The notes under the pieces were generated by a model that did no database searches, was not told the origin of the DNA, and saw nothing but the letters and a program-made list of their open reading frames with translations. Positions 27,101 through 40,100 of a stretch of DNA of 64,000 bases are shown here, piece by piece. The position numbers were made by a program, and so were the translations under genes. Within the stretch, counting starts at the first letter, position 1. Every line of letters starts with the position of its first letter. Origin of the DNA: Cenococcum geophilum (lineage: Eukaryota); contig CP158636.1 in NCBI GenBank assembly GCA_050273025.1, forward strand, positions 868,001-932,000. Reading direction: 5' to 3'.

Positions 27101-28096
27101 TAGGCAGTAAGGTCTTTAAGTATATCTTCCTTAGTAGGCCATTTCCACGTAGATATATTATTTGGGTTCTTATATATAAGCTCTAGGCCTTACTTAATAA
27201 ACTTATAGGCCTTATCCTTTAGTATATTTAAGATATAAAGGATCTAGAACTAAACTATGTTAAAGTAGTCCTAGTTCTAGTTAAAGACTCCCTTAATCTT
27301 AATGTACTAGGTCTTAAAATTAGCTTATTATTTTAGTAGGGTGCCTTTTCCGCTAAATATTAGCGGGTCTTTAGATCTCTATTTTTTCTACTAGGTTACT
27401 ACCATTATTATAGGGGTTAATTATTTTAAAACGGTAATAGTCTTTGCCTAGGAGTTAATAGTTTCTATCTAGGAAGCAATAAGGGCACTAAGGTTTTTGT
27501 TAGCTTTCTTATTGGCGGTGTTTATATTATATATACACTATAGTCCTACTTTAATATTATTAAGGAACTTATTGGTATAGTTAATAAGGGTAAGGTAAGC
27601 TTTACTAGGCTTAAAGGTCTTAGGGTATAGTAGGGAGCGGCGGATTGTCTATGCAATATTAGGGTATATCTTTATAAAGAGTTTTACAAAAACATCGCGG
27701 GGGTTCTAGATTTCGGCCATTTTAGTATCATTAGTGTCGCCTATTTAGGCGCTAGATAAAAACTAAGGATTGTTCTAAAACTGTGCTAGGGATATATTAG
27801 TTTTAGTAGAGGCGTATATAGGTCGCGATTGCTCTAGGGTAGAGGTTAATTAGCTAGGGTATAAGGAATTAGTAATCGTAACGGGGCGCAAATTAAAGAT
27901 ACTATAAACTATTACAGTGCTATAATAAAGTAAACTAAATAACTATGTTGTGGTATAAAGAGGGGAAGAAGGTGGAAAGGGGGTATTATATATAAATAGT
28001 AGGGCCAGCCACTAAGTCGCTAGTGGTGGGCTAGCTAATAGTAGGGAACAGTACGAGATAGTATAAAACAGTATATGTCAGGTTAGTGCCGTAATA
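21158..28096 (-). mobile_element. Ty3/Gypsy chromovirus family A, copy 2, full length
   Basis: 187-bp LTRs at 21158-21344 and 27910-28096, with a perfect GCGCT TSD (21153-21157, 28097-28101). PPT complement ctcctctcccc near 21348-21358. Motifs: LVDSGST (~26050), YCTAYLDD (~24265), chromodomain WEFEKIL (~21875). Confidence 0.95.
22001..22113. repeat. 26-bp tandem array x4.3 within the family A integrase C-terminus
   Basis: The unit is ttagatatataaaaggatttatttac. Confidence 0.95.
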
Positions 28097-28869
28097 GCGC
28101 TCTTGTCCTAATAAATAGGCTATCTTTTATACTAAAGCTCTAAATTATTAGCCCTTTTTAGGCTTATAACTTTCTTTCTTTAATTACTCTACCTTACTAT
28201 TTAGCGTCTTAGATAAAATAGACTTTATTAACCTATAACCAACTATATTTTTGCCTATATTAAGGATATTAGCTAGGTTATAAATTATTACCTAGTTATT
28301 AGCTCCTATTAGTTTAATCTATCTCTCGTACGGCACGAACAGGTTATAGTCCATTTCAAATATATTGATTATAGGGGGTGTAGGCCTATAGGGCGGGATC
28401 CAGGCGATATCCTAGCGTTTATAAGGCTTTTTAGGCCTAAACTTTAGAGATCTGGCCTAAATCCTACCCGGTGCCCCTAATGGAATAGCCTACCGCTAGA
28501 CCTAAATAGGACTATAAGTAACTAATCTAATATACATTATAAGGGGGGTAGGTAGGTAAAAAGAACCACCTATTAAGTGCAGTTGTAAGCAATAATATTA
28601 TTAACCGTGTTAAACATCTGGTTAAATACCTAAGTTGTAGGGTTTTCGGCCAAGCAATGTATAGACACGTAATATCTATCTCTCGCACGGCATAAATAGG
28701 TTATAGTTTATTTCAAATATATTAATTATAGGGGGTATAGGCCTATAGGGCGGGATCTAGGCAATATCCTAGCGTTTATAAGGCTTTTTAGGCCTAAACT
28801 TCGGAGATCTGGCCTAAATCCTACCTAGTGCCCACTAGCGAAGCGCCTACTACCCATAAAGAATTAAGT

Positions 28870-29347
28870 TAAAATAGGAGCGATTCCCGTAGTATAAACT
28901 GTATAATGAAATTAAGACATTATATAAGGAAAGAAGGTAAGGGAATAAGGAGAATGGGTATATATCGTTAACTTAGTTGCTTAGTTAACACATTACCACA
29001 GTCTTAGCAGAATTTAGCAGACTTAGCCAAATTTAGCAGAATTCGGCAGATTTAGCAGAATTTTGCAAAATTCGGCAAACTTGGCAGAATTCAGCAGACT
29101 TAGCAGAATTTAGCAGAATTTGGCAGAATTTGGCAGAATTCGGCAGACTTAGTAGAATTTGGCAGAGTTTAATAGAATTTAGCAGACTTAATAGAACTTA
29201 GTAGAGGTTACGGATATTACTAATATTACAGGTATTGCGAATATAGGATAATCTTGCGGTAGTAGGTAGAGTATAATAGAATGCGGCAGATTACGGCAGA
29301 ATGCGGTAGGTAGCGTATGTAAGGTATTATAGGGTAGTCCTATAACA
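28870..29347 (-). mobile_element. LTR-like fragment related to family C LTRs, inserted in the Ngaro 3' region
   Basis: 28893-28988 resembles 13007-13102. It ends aaggtattatagggtagtcctataaca, like 43887-43912. It has 9-10-bp (t)tggcagaat repeats at ~29004-29205. The left boundary and TSD are unresolved. Confidence 0.6.
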
Positions 29348-29359
29348 GAAAGTATAGAG

Positions 29360-30330
29360 TCCCTATTTTAGGCTTCCCTAGCCAGTATAGGCATACTCTA
29401 CTAAAAATTTAAGTTTAATTAAAGTCGTTTAGTTTCTAAGGTATTATAGTAAAGTTTTACCGTATCTAATATCCATTAACCTAACTGCGCCATTTATAAC
29501 TCTATAAAGCCATAATTATATATATACTGCGCTACACCCCTATAAAAGGAGTAGTTAGAGTAGCCGTTAGGCAGAATACCGCTAGCGGCTAGGCGGGTTA
29601 ATAGAATCTTACGCACTACTAGCGCCAAAAATGCTTTATTATTAACGCTAAACAATAAATCTAATAGAGGCCGGGGGTTACGGTTAAATAACCGTATTAT
29701 CACGGCTATAGGGTATAGATGATCTCCTAGTACAGCGGCGATCTAAATATTAACACCACTATAGGTTTTATCTATCTTACTCCATTTTAAGTAAAAGACC
29801 ATTAAATAGCCATTAGAGGCGATCCTAATATCATTATAGAGGGCCCTTATAGTGCTAAAGTCCTTAGCTTTCCTATTTAGGTATGTAATCTCTCCTATAT
29901 ATAGGAAACCCGCAAACGCCATTATAAATACTATATCTATATTTACATCCGCCTTATAGGGTCTAGAGGTAACAATCTTATCTAAAATATCCTTTATAAT
30001 CGGTAGTTTAGTCTTTTTAGTAAATAGAAATAGTAATATAGCCCCTACTAGGGCCCTTTTAATAGTATAGTCTTTAAAGACAGCGATTAAGTGACCTAGG
30101 TCTATATAACGAGATCGGATTATAAAGATATAGTTAGAGAGGGTTTCTGGCTTAATCCTACCTATTAAAGGGGCGGCTATACTAAACGCTCGTTGGGCAA
30201 TCTACTCCCCTAAGTTTATCCTTTTAGCCGAATACGGTAATAAACCATTTAGGGCTAAAAAGGCCTCCCAGCTCTTAATAGCGGAGGAGTAGCCTTTTCT
30301 TATATTGGCTGCTAAGCTATGCTATATAAG
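29360..30330 (-). pseudogene. Tyrosine recombinase of the Ngaro element
   Basis: ORF 29494-29703 contains YSNYSFYRGVAQ (de-RIP HSFRRGAA), followed by QLMD.RYG (de-RIP QSMGRW..E.FT..., tentative). Upstream is AFAGFLR.GEIT (~29915). Confidence 0.85.
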
Positions 30331-30448
30331 TAGTAAAAAGCAATAAGACCTACTAATCTCACTCTAGAAGGTTAGGGGGGGTTAATTAAACAACTCTAAG
30401 TTAACTGTAAGAGTTAGCAGCCACTTAGAGGAGAGATATTATTTTTCT

Positions 30449-30537
30449 AGTAAGAAGCCTTTATTTATCCAGTAAGAAGCCATCCTTTATTCAGTAAGAA
30501 GCCGTTATTTATCCAGTAAGAAGCCGTTATTTATTTA
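30449..30537. repeat. 22-bp tandem repeat x4 between RNase H and YR
   Basis: The unit is agtaagaagccgttatttatcc. Confidence 0.9.
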
Positions 30538-30559
30538 CCACTTAGGACACAGTAATAAT

Positions 30560-32100
30560 AATTTCTCGTAGTTAAATCGCGAGAGAGCATTAGTAAGCCT
30601 ATTATTAGCGCTAGAGACCTATATAGTCATTATAGTAATATTATTTATTATTAAGGATATAAGTATCTCTTAGAGTAATCGGTTTCTAGAACCTTTTATA
30701 ATATTATTCTAGATGCCGCTATAAGCAACTATATTATCTATATAAATATAAAGAGACCTATACCGCCAGACTAATAACCACTTTTTAAATGCCTTCGCAA
30801 TAGCATATATCTCTTTTAGGTTAATATGGTTATCTACCTAATTTAGTAGGGGATAATAGCTAAAGGCCTAGGCCTAGGGTAGGGAAGCCGCGTAATTAGG
30901 CCAGTGGCCGTTCTCTTTACTAAAGTAGAAGCCTCTATAGCCTTTAAGTAATAAGGCATTAATAAATAAGTAAAACTACGGCCTCTCCTTGTTATTAAAG
31001 AATAGTATACCGTTACTTAATATAAGAACCTTAAGCCAGAGGTTAAGGTCTTCTTTTAGCTTTAGGGGGAGGCGTTAGGGCATATTTCTTAATAACTTAG
31101 TAGGCTATTTTATTATAAAGTCCCATAAGGAGCGAGAGTACGAGCGCCCAAGGCGGATAACTCTTACACACCATACTAGGCGGCCCGCCAGTTATTAGGC
31201 TTACTATAATAATAGCCAGCCCTTTTAGAGGGCTTTAGTTACCTAATTAATAGCTTTCTATTACTTAGCTGGTAAGAGTTTTATCTCTATCGCTATAGTG
31301 TTAATAGTATAACCTAATACTTTAGCCTCCGTACCTTTAATATTCTTAGTATTATTTCAGGGTACCCCTAGCTAGTTAGTAACCAAGAGGTATACCTCCC
31401 TTAGTAACGGCAGTATAGTTAGACACTTAACTACAAATATAAAATCATTAAGGTAGTGCTTAATAGCGGAGTTAATCTATTATACTAGGATCTAGTAAAA
31501 ACCTTTAGTAAATAAGTTAAAAAGGAATAAGGCTATTCGTAAGCTAAATGGCAGACAGTATTTAATATATATAACTCCCTTCCAGATAAAGCCGAGTAGG
31601 TGACGTAACTGCACTAAAACGGGCACCATCCGGAAGGCATCTTTAATATCTCGTTTAACTAGGTAGCAGCCTCTACTAGCTATAATTACGTATACTAGTA
31701 TAGTCTCTATCCAGGTATAGTATAGTGCTGCCTAGACTAGGTCGATAGAGTCATTAACTAAAAAGCCCTTAGGTAAAGAGAGGTCGTAAATACGGCAGAA
31801 GCCGCCATCTACCTTAGGCACTAGGCCTAGGGGTAAGGTAACTATAGAGTTGGTGGCCTATATACGGCCCAGGGCTAGATTAATAACGATCCTTTTAGAG
31901 ATAAGGTCTTCGTTATTATATAAGGAGAGGTGGTTTTTATAAATATTAGGTAGTATAGGTAATAAGGGACCTATCTCCGCCCTATAGGTAAAGATATCTT
32001 GTAAAATTACTAAGAGATTTCTAGGGTACCTATAAAGGAGCGTGCTCTAAGCGAGAGATCTTAGAGGTAATAGTAAGTTAGCTAAGAAAGTCGTTTATAA
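30560..32100 (-). pseudogene. Ngaro reverse transcriptase / RNase H
   Basis: De-RIP motifs: FCRIYDLS.P (~31790), DIKDAFRMVP (~31640), LPF.LR.A.FLF (~31545), HYLDDF (~31450), LFTDAS (~30965), NGLADALSR (~30590). Confidence 0.88.
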
Positions 32101-34106
32101 GTAAGTTTTAAAAAGAGGTACTGAATTAGGCCTACCTTAGAGCCTTAGCGTCTATAGTAGGTCTATCTAGATAGTTAAACCTAGGAAGATGTCTTTATCT
32201 ACCATCAAATCCTAGGTCTAACTACTTACGGCGGTAAGCTACCTAGGGCACGACTTTAATAGGTGGTTTTTGTCGCATTTAGAGCATACGTGGCGGTAAC
32301 AACATAGATCTTCTCTACAAGCCTGCTGGTTATTCTAGCTATAACAGGGCTTACTAAAGGGGAGGGGAAGGGAGGTATTCTTTCGCGATCTTTTTAATAC
32401 TATACCACGGACTTCAAGTCCCTAGCTCTATGCCTTTATATTAGCTGCCCGGCAGTATAGGGCCTTAAACTAGGTAGGTATATCCCAGTTACTAGGCTTA
32501 AGCTAATTACAATCTATAACATACCCATAGTAGTTAAGCGCGAGGTCTAGAATAGAGGTCCAGTTATAGGTTACAGAGTAGTCGCAGATCTTATTTATCT
32601 AGAGCAACATTCTTATATAGAGGTTGGTTAGGCATACACAGAGAGTGCTTACAATCACTACGTAGTTCATAAATCCAGTAAACTAGACCTCCTTATTCTC
32701 GTAGACCTTATGGCTAGTAGTAGGTCTCTTTAAAACAAGCTTTCTATTTTTAATAGTAGCCATATTAGAAAGGTCTAGGCGGCTAAAGTATACCTATAAA
32801 TGGGCTAGGTTCTCTAGGCGGAAGGATCCTTTCTATATATTATAAAGGTCTCTTCTAGCTAGGCTAGGGAGGTTAAGCTTAAGTGTACCTAAGCCTTCCA
32901 GTAGGTTATAGGACTCACCTAGTTTATCTACCTTAGCAGTAGAGGTGTGCTCTAGTGGAGCAGGCTGCTTTAGAGCGGCTAGCCTTACCTAGTAAAGCTC
33001 CTCTTCCTATTCCATCTTTTAAATCCGTGCCTATTCCTCCTACTCTCTCTTTCGGATCTCTAGGTTATAGAGTTATTAAAACCTCTCGTCTTATTTCCTA
33101 GCTCTTTCTTCTTCTAAAGATAAAACTATAGTATATTTAGTAGATGGGATGGTAGTAAATAAGGAGGTAGATAATAGGGCGGTTAAGCGAGGAGTTTTTA
33201 AACGGGTGCTATTGGCTGGAAAGTCGGTTATAGGCCTTAATAATTATCGCCACTAGGAATACTAATCGTAAGCAATCTATAATAAAAAGAACGACCTATT
33301 AAGTGCAGTTGTAAGCGATGATGTTATTGACCGTGTTAAACATCTGGTTAAATACCTAAGTTGTAGGGTTTTCGGCTAAGCAATATATAGACATATAACA
33401 TATATAGTTTCCAGAGGGCTTTAAGTAATTTATCCTTAGCTAAACTATAAAGTTTAAGGAATTATTCTAATTTATAATTATCTAGAGACTAAATTTTTGT
33501 GTAAACTATAAGTAGTTGCTCTCTAACTGTCGGTAATAAATTTTAGCATTTTATAAACGCGGTTTTTACTCCCTTAGAGACGGGGCCTTCTTTATAAAGT
33601 AGGTCTAGGCTTCTACTAAGAGGTAGGATTTCTTATTTTTTTTTAAAAAAATCTAAAATAATAAAATAAAATAAATTATAGCTTTTTTAGTCTTTAGATC
33701 TATAGAGATTGTTAAGGTCTTTAAGGCTTTTAGGGCTTTTATAGCTTTTAGGATTATTAGGGCGTTTTAGGGGCCTAAGACTATTAAGGTTTTATTTAAG
33801 CTAAGCGCCTCTCTATAGTTAGTGGGTAAGGCCTTTAAATTTTTATCTACTACTCTTTTATAGACTTTTACTGCTTTACCTTTATTAGTAGAGTATAGAA
33901 ATTGCGTAAATAGCTTAATCTTATTTAATAATAACTATTATCTATAAATATCCCTTAGGAGAGAAGTAATAAAAGGTAAACCTATAGTATAATAAGGATA
34001 GACGGTGCAAGCGAGCTATAATAGTATACTAGGAAGAACTGCCTCTCTATTCTATAATAAATAATAATTAGCCTTAAAAAGGGAAAAGCTATAGAATAGA
34101 ATTACT

Positions 34107-37100
34107 TATAAGGGGATCTTGTAAACAGGGGGCTATAAGGACACGATTAGAATAAGATAGATTAGTAAGAGAGACGAATCCTTAAAGAGGTAAGGCCTCT
34201 AGGATTGTGGAGACTATATACTACGGGCACGTGCCTTCGGTATATAACCGGCAACTATTTAAGGGGCGTCTGGGGGTTATCCTAAGGGCAACCCAAGGTA
34301 TCCGCAATAATATCCCTTACATTACCCCCCCCCTTCTTACGGTTGGCCCCTAATCGCCATTACCTTGCAATAGGGAGATTATAAGGGCTTATCCTAGAAG
34401 AGGTTTAGAGAGATATTAGAGAGGTATTAGCATACCGCTATATATTATCTATCTATCTAACCCCTACTTTAAACTCCTAAAAAACCTTAATAAGGGAAAA
34501 ACGTAACTGGAGAAAAGATACGAGGATTGCTAGGAGACCTATTAGAAGTTTACTAGAAGCATACCGGTAACTACCTAGGCTAATATAGGGATTTTTATGT
34601 AACTCTACTTTTAAGCCTCTATACTAGTCTATAATTAATTACGAGTATTATAGGCAATTTGGTGTTCTAATATAGTTCTATAGAACCTTTTAGTATAGGA
34701 TTTAACGTATAGAGCCTTAGCTTACCATCGTCTTTGACTGCTAAGATATAGTCTATAATTCTTTCTTATAATCCTTTTTTTATAATCCTCTGCGTCACTA
34801 ACGCATTACTCCCGTATTTACTCTTAGGCTATTAGATACGGTTAAGGTATTAATTAGTTAGTTAAAGAGACTTATCTCTTAAGATTTAGTGCATGTGGTT
34901 TTAAATCTAGTAGTCCTATACCGTATATTTAGCGTAGCTCTACTACCTAGCAAACAGGGACATTTCGCGATAGCAATTATAGCTATTATACAATTGTTAA
35001 GAACGTCTATAACGTTGTTCTTTAATACTATAGTATCGTTTTAGGTCTAATTTAACCCATATGCGTCTTTAATTTAATATCTTAATTGCCTTCCCCCGGC
35101 CGCGTAGTTAGTTTTTATAAGGAAGTAATAGTTAAATAACTTATACGCGTGTTTCCTTCCTTCTAAATAGCGCTATTGTAACGGAGTTATATCGGCAAGG
35201 TTACGGCTATTTACTAGAAGGGTATTAGACGGTGAAGTATAAGGACACCTTTGCTTATCGAGCAGCTCCTTTTCCTTAATACCTTACTTTCCCATTATCA
35301 ACCTTCGTCTAATTTTGGACGTATCTTTGATATATTATTAAGATTTTCTTCTTTTCCATTAATAATTTAATATGCCTCTTTGTTCTCCTGCTAACTACTC
35401 TTTTAAGCAGATTCCACAGTGTATCCTAGCCCTACCTTTATACATAGAACCCCAACCTCCGCTGACTTATAACTAGTACTGGTCCTACCTAAATAATTTT
35501 GCCTACACGTCTTTAAAAGACTAGAAATCTAATAATAGGATTCTGGATGCTTGTAATAAGACGCACTGCGTTAGATCTAATACCTTTAGTCCTTATAATT
35601 AATATATACGTACTAAGAGCGGCAGTTGCGTTAAGGTAAGCTTTTTTATTCTTAATAGATTTCCATTGCTAACTTTAAGCTTTAATAGCCTGGGCCTAAG
35701 TAGCGACGTTCCTTTAATATCCTTAACTACTATATCGCCCGGGCTCTTTCTTATTCCAGCGTAAATGCTAAACGACTTAGCCAAATTCAAGACTATACCA
35801 CGGCTATCTATACTGCCCATAATTCCCAGTAAGCCAGCCAGCAACGCCTAATACGAGAGTAAGGTTGGTATACTAAGAATAGGGTAAGGGATAGGGGTAA
35901 TAAGAAGAAGGTTGCTGTCTACTATAGGAAGGAGTTTGCGTATGCGCGTTAAGTTTTAAAAGAGCATAATATAATGCGTTATTAGGTAGGTTACCCTTTA
36001 GATACCTACTAAATAGGTAACTAATAGTTGCCATAGTAAGGTCTTAGTGGTTCTAGACTATACCAGCCAGCTAACGTCTCTATTTATTCTAGGCTTAAGT
36101 GTATCTTTATTAACTATAAGCTTACGCCGCAAGAGCTTCATTAGTATTAGTTTAGACCTAATATTGGTGTTAAGCGTTTAAGAGTCTCTACTCTAGCTAC
36201 ACCTCATCGTCCTACCCCTATTTTCATGCCTACTTATACACCTACCAAGGCATCTAAATCCCATTCTCGTTAGCTATTACTTAGTAGCCTAATAGATACT
36301 AATCCTACTCCTAATAATAAGGCGTAGTGGCTTTTTAGATTGGGCATTTGTGGTTTAGACTTTTAGGATTCATTCTTATATATAGTAGCAATTAAGGACC
36401 TTAATTAGGTACTTAGGAAGGCCTTATAAGGCTTTTAAAAAGGGCTTAAAAGCCCTAAAAACAATATTCCTAGTATAGATTAATAAATAGGAATACAATT
36501 CTAGTAAAATGCCCTATTAACTCTATACTATATACGTGAAAAGGCTAAGGACCTATCCTACCTTAGGCTATAGCCCTATCCCTATAGTTTCCAGAGCCTA
36601 TCTATTCTATATCCAATTTAACCTATTTACTCTTTTTACAAGCTTTCTTCATAGGTCGCGATAACACCATAGTATTAAAGCGCTTTCTGCGACTTGTAGA
36701 TTATGGACCTTAGTCCCAATATTCTTTTAAAATATCTTCGTAATAATTAAGGTAATCCTCTAGTTCCTATATAGAGTCCTTAGTAGGCTAGCCTAGCTAT
36801 TTAACTTTAAATTAAAGCTTGTTCTTAACAGACTTATAGCGTAATATAGCTTTAACCTCATACTACTCGCCCACTACTTTAGGGTGTTTAATTAGACCTA
36901 GACGGAAGTTCTTTTCCGGTAGTAGTCTATACTATAGCTCTAGTAGGTTTACGTAAAATACTAAATACACACAGGCTATAGATAGGGGTAGCTAGAGATA
37001 ATAGGCTAGCTTGCTAATTCGTTCCTTAACTTAAAAGGAACTTAGGTATCTTATATTAAGCTTCTTTAATGGTTAATAGGTCTTAATATTCATTAAACGT

Positions 37101-40100
37101 AATAGAACCTCATCACCTACTCCGAAATGCTTATCCTAGTGCTTATAGTTGTACTAAAGTCTCTATTACTCTTGGGCATCTTATAGGCTCTACTTCGCAT
37201 ACTTTTATTACTCCTCCCATTCCTAGAGGTATCCTTATACTCTCCGGTAGATGTCCTTAAACTTCCCAGTAGGATTCTATAACTAATTATACGGCCTTAG
37301 CTAGTAATTATCGGGTATACCATTAAACCTAAATAGTTGAACGCTATAGGCAATCTAGATTGGTGCATACTTATACAATACATATTACTTTAAATTGTAA
37401 GCGTACTCCACGTACGGAAGTAGCTCGCACTAGTTATCTTACTAGTAGTTTAAATACATCCATAGGTAAGACTCTAGTTCCTAATTCTAGCGTTCCATTT
37501 ACCCATCCGTCTGCGGGTAGAAAGCCATACTATACTAGTAGTCTATCTTTAAATAAAAGTATAGATCTAACCAGTACTAACTTATAAAGACGCTGCCCCT
37601 ATTAGTAATAATAGAGTGCGGCTAATCTACTTTAAGAAAGCATTTCTCCTTAATTAGGTTGGTGAGCTCTTATATATTAATTGTCTTATTAATAAAAAGG
37701 TATTAGACGTACTTTAAAAACCTATTAATAAGTACAAGGACCGAATTATATATTTATTCTTAGCTATCTTTAAATAACAGAAGATCCGTAATAAAGTTTA
37801 TAGCGTAATATTACTATAGCTTACTGGCGGGGGGAACTAATTTAAGTAGACCCTATAGCTTATACCTACGGATCTTATATACTTAACACTTCTTATAATA
37901 GCTGATATACTCCTTTGCTTCCTAATTAAGCCTTAGCCAATAGTATTTACGCTAAAGTAATTCTACTGTCTTTGCTTAACTATAATGGCCGCCTAGAGGA
38001 TTATTATAATTCTTTATAAGAATCTTCTATTGTAGATTTGCTTCTTATAGTACCTAAACCTTACCACCTTTATGTAGTAGGCCCATCGGGTCTAGTTCCC
38101 AATAGTGGCGCCTAGCAGCTTCCTTTCCGTTACGTTTCCGGTCTACTTCCGTATTAAGAATAGCATAGGAAGCGTCCCTCCGTTACACCTTATAAATAAG
38201 ATCTATTAACCCTTTAGATAGTTCCTAGGTAAAAGCTATTTCGTCCTATACTACTCTAAGTATAAAACTAGATGGTACTATAGATCTTACAACTCTTTAA
38301 TACGCGTACATTAGAAAGGCCGCTATAAGGTTAAAGTCCTTTAGTTATTATAGGGCTCCGAGTTCCGATTGCTCTATAGCTTCGCTATTTGTTTAAGGGG
38401 ATAGCTTAGCAATTAGAGATGGTATATTACTAAGTTCTAAGAATATATCGGGGACGTCCTATCTAGGTATATTTAGACACTTATCGGCAACGGACTAGGT
38501 ACCAGCCGGAACGTCAATAAAAACCAATAGGGCTTACACCGCCTAAGACTTAGTGTATAGAGCTATAAGTGCTCAAGCATCCTATACCCGGAGCTTATTC
38601 TATAATATAGGGAGTAAGATATCTATTATCTATTTTCCTTCTCCCGTTTTAAAGCCTTTAGTATAGTCTAGCCGTCATAACAGTCTATTAGCAGGGTTGT
38701 TTTCCCCTAGCTTATATTTAATCTTAAAATTAAATCACGTAAGCTCCTCTGCCCATTTAGCTTATTAAAGTATAAGCTCCTTTATAGTTATAAAGTAGCG
38801 TAGATTATAGTAATCTAAAAGTACACAAGTGGTATAGCTCGCGTACTTAAGGTAGTGTCGCTACTGTTTAAAGCAGTCGACTATAGCCAGCAGTTCCTTA
38901 TCGTGGGTATAATACCTAACTTTAGGTCCCTGGAATTTTCTACTATAAAATACTACTAGTCTCTAATAGAGCTGGGTAGCGTCTAAATGCCTATTAGGTT
39001 ATAATAGGATACCAGCGAGGGCAAAATTTAATATATTAGTAATTATTATTAATAGCTAATCTGGGTTAAAATGCCGCAGTAATAAAGCTTCTATAAACTT
39101 TGTATAAAGTTCCCAAAAGGCCTCCTAAACCTTCCTAGGCTATAACTATAGCTTATACCATTTAGTTAGTCCCTTCTTAGTTTTCTTCCTTGCCGCCTTT
39201 AAGCTTTTTACTCCTTAGGTTGGGTCTTAGAAAGCTTCCGTAATATAATTAGATAGATATTAGGCAATATCTAAGTAGTTATAAATAAAGCGCCTATAGA
39301 AATTGGTAAAGCCTAGGAACACTTAAACATCCTAGTAGCTCTCTAGCTCCGGCTACTCCTAAATTATCTACACCCGTACTAGGTCCATAACTATACCTAT
39401 AGGCGTTATAATATAACCCAGAAACTTAACCTACTTAGTATTAAAGATATACTTTAACGCCTTAATATAGAGGCCCTAATTATCTAAACGTTCCAGCACT
39501 TCGCGGACGTATTATTTATATTAATCCTTATCTTCTAAGTAGATTAAAATATCATCTAAATAAATAATATATATACGGTCGACTAGTCCCCCTAAGGCTC
39601 TGTAAATATACAATTAAAATATTATAGGCGCATTGGCTAGCCCAAAAGGCATTACTAGATACTTAAAGTAGCCATATTAGGTCTTAAAAGCGGTCTTCCA
39701 CTTATCCCCTTCTTTAATACGGAGCCTATAGTAGGCGTTTTATAGATCTAGCTTTATAAAGATCTTCGCCCTAGATAGTTAATCCAGCATTTTACTAACT
39801 AGTAGTAGTAGGTAACGGTTCTTAATTATAATCTTATTAAAACCGTAATAGTCTATACATAGCCTTATAGTTCTATCTAGTTTTAAAACGAAGAGGATTA
39901 GTACGCCTAATGGCGACTTACTAGGCCAGATCCACCCCTTTTCCAATAACCTATTAAGGTACTCCTATAGGATCTTAAGCTCTTTACGCAAGAGGTTATA
40001 GATAGGAAGGTTTAGTAGTTATTTACCTTCTTCTAGATTAATTATATAATTATACTTTAAGTTCTACAGTAGGACTTTTACTCTCCTACCTAAAAATACC

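Larger units (their letters stand above)
10032..28113 (+). mobile_element. Ty3/Gypsy chromovirus family B (gag 3' part, pol, 3' LTR), interrupted by a solo LTR, family C and family A copy 2
   Basis: De-RIP motifs: protease LADSGA (~10843), RT AYLDDI (~12272), RNase H ETDAS (~12878) continuing as HP..YYS after 18840, integrase ~19400-20450 and chromodomain WEVEEIL...WKGY (~20545). PPT agaggggggggg at 20841-20852. The right end (cttgtcctaata, 28102-28113) is inferred. Confidence 0.85.
28317..33400 (-). mobile_element. Ngaro-type tyrosine-recombinase retrotransposon (gag, RT/RNase H, YR)
   Basis: Split direct repeats: A1 33283-33400, B1 28674-28833, A2 28557-28673, B2 28317-28476. There is no TSD, only a shared AT core. 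RT, RNase H and YR motifs are present. Confidence 0.92.

Noticed and set aside
29004..29310. Short repeat arrays as CRISPR-like or telomeric repeats (also 22001-22113, 30449-30537, 45645-45705)
   Set aside because: They are head-to-tail units without unique spacers, no cas genes are present, they are not TTAGGG, and all lie inside TEs.
29360..30330. Tyrosine recombinase as a Starship captain, Crypton or phage integrase
   Set aside because: It lies downstream of RT/RNase H within Ngaro split direct repeats.
34575..34605. gctaatatagggattttt as a fifth copy of the 27-bp palindrome
   Set aside because: It is only a short partial match with no second arm.
35599..35844. 81-aa ORF in the family D 3' region as an intact gene
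   Set aside because: I cannot tell which frame is real here, and there is no motif. The region is covered under the extra-ORF finding.
37360..37587. 75-aa plus-strand ORF
   Set aside because: It is antisense to the family D integrase.
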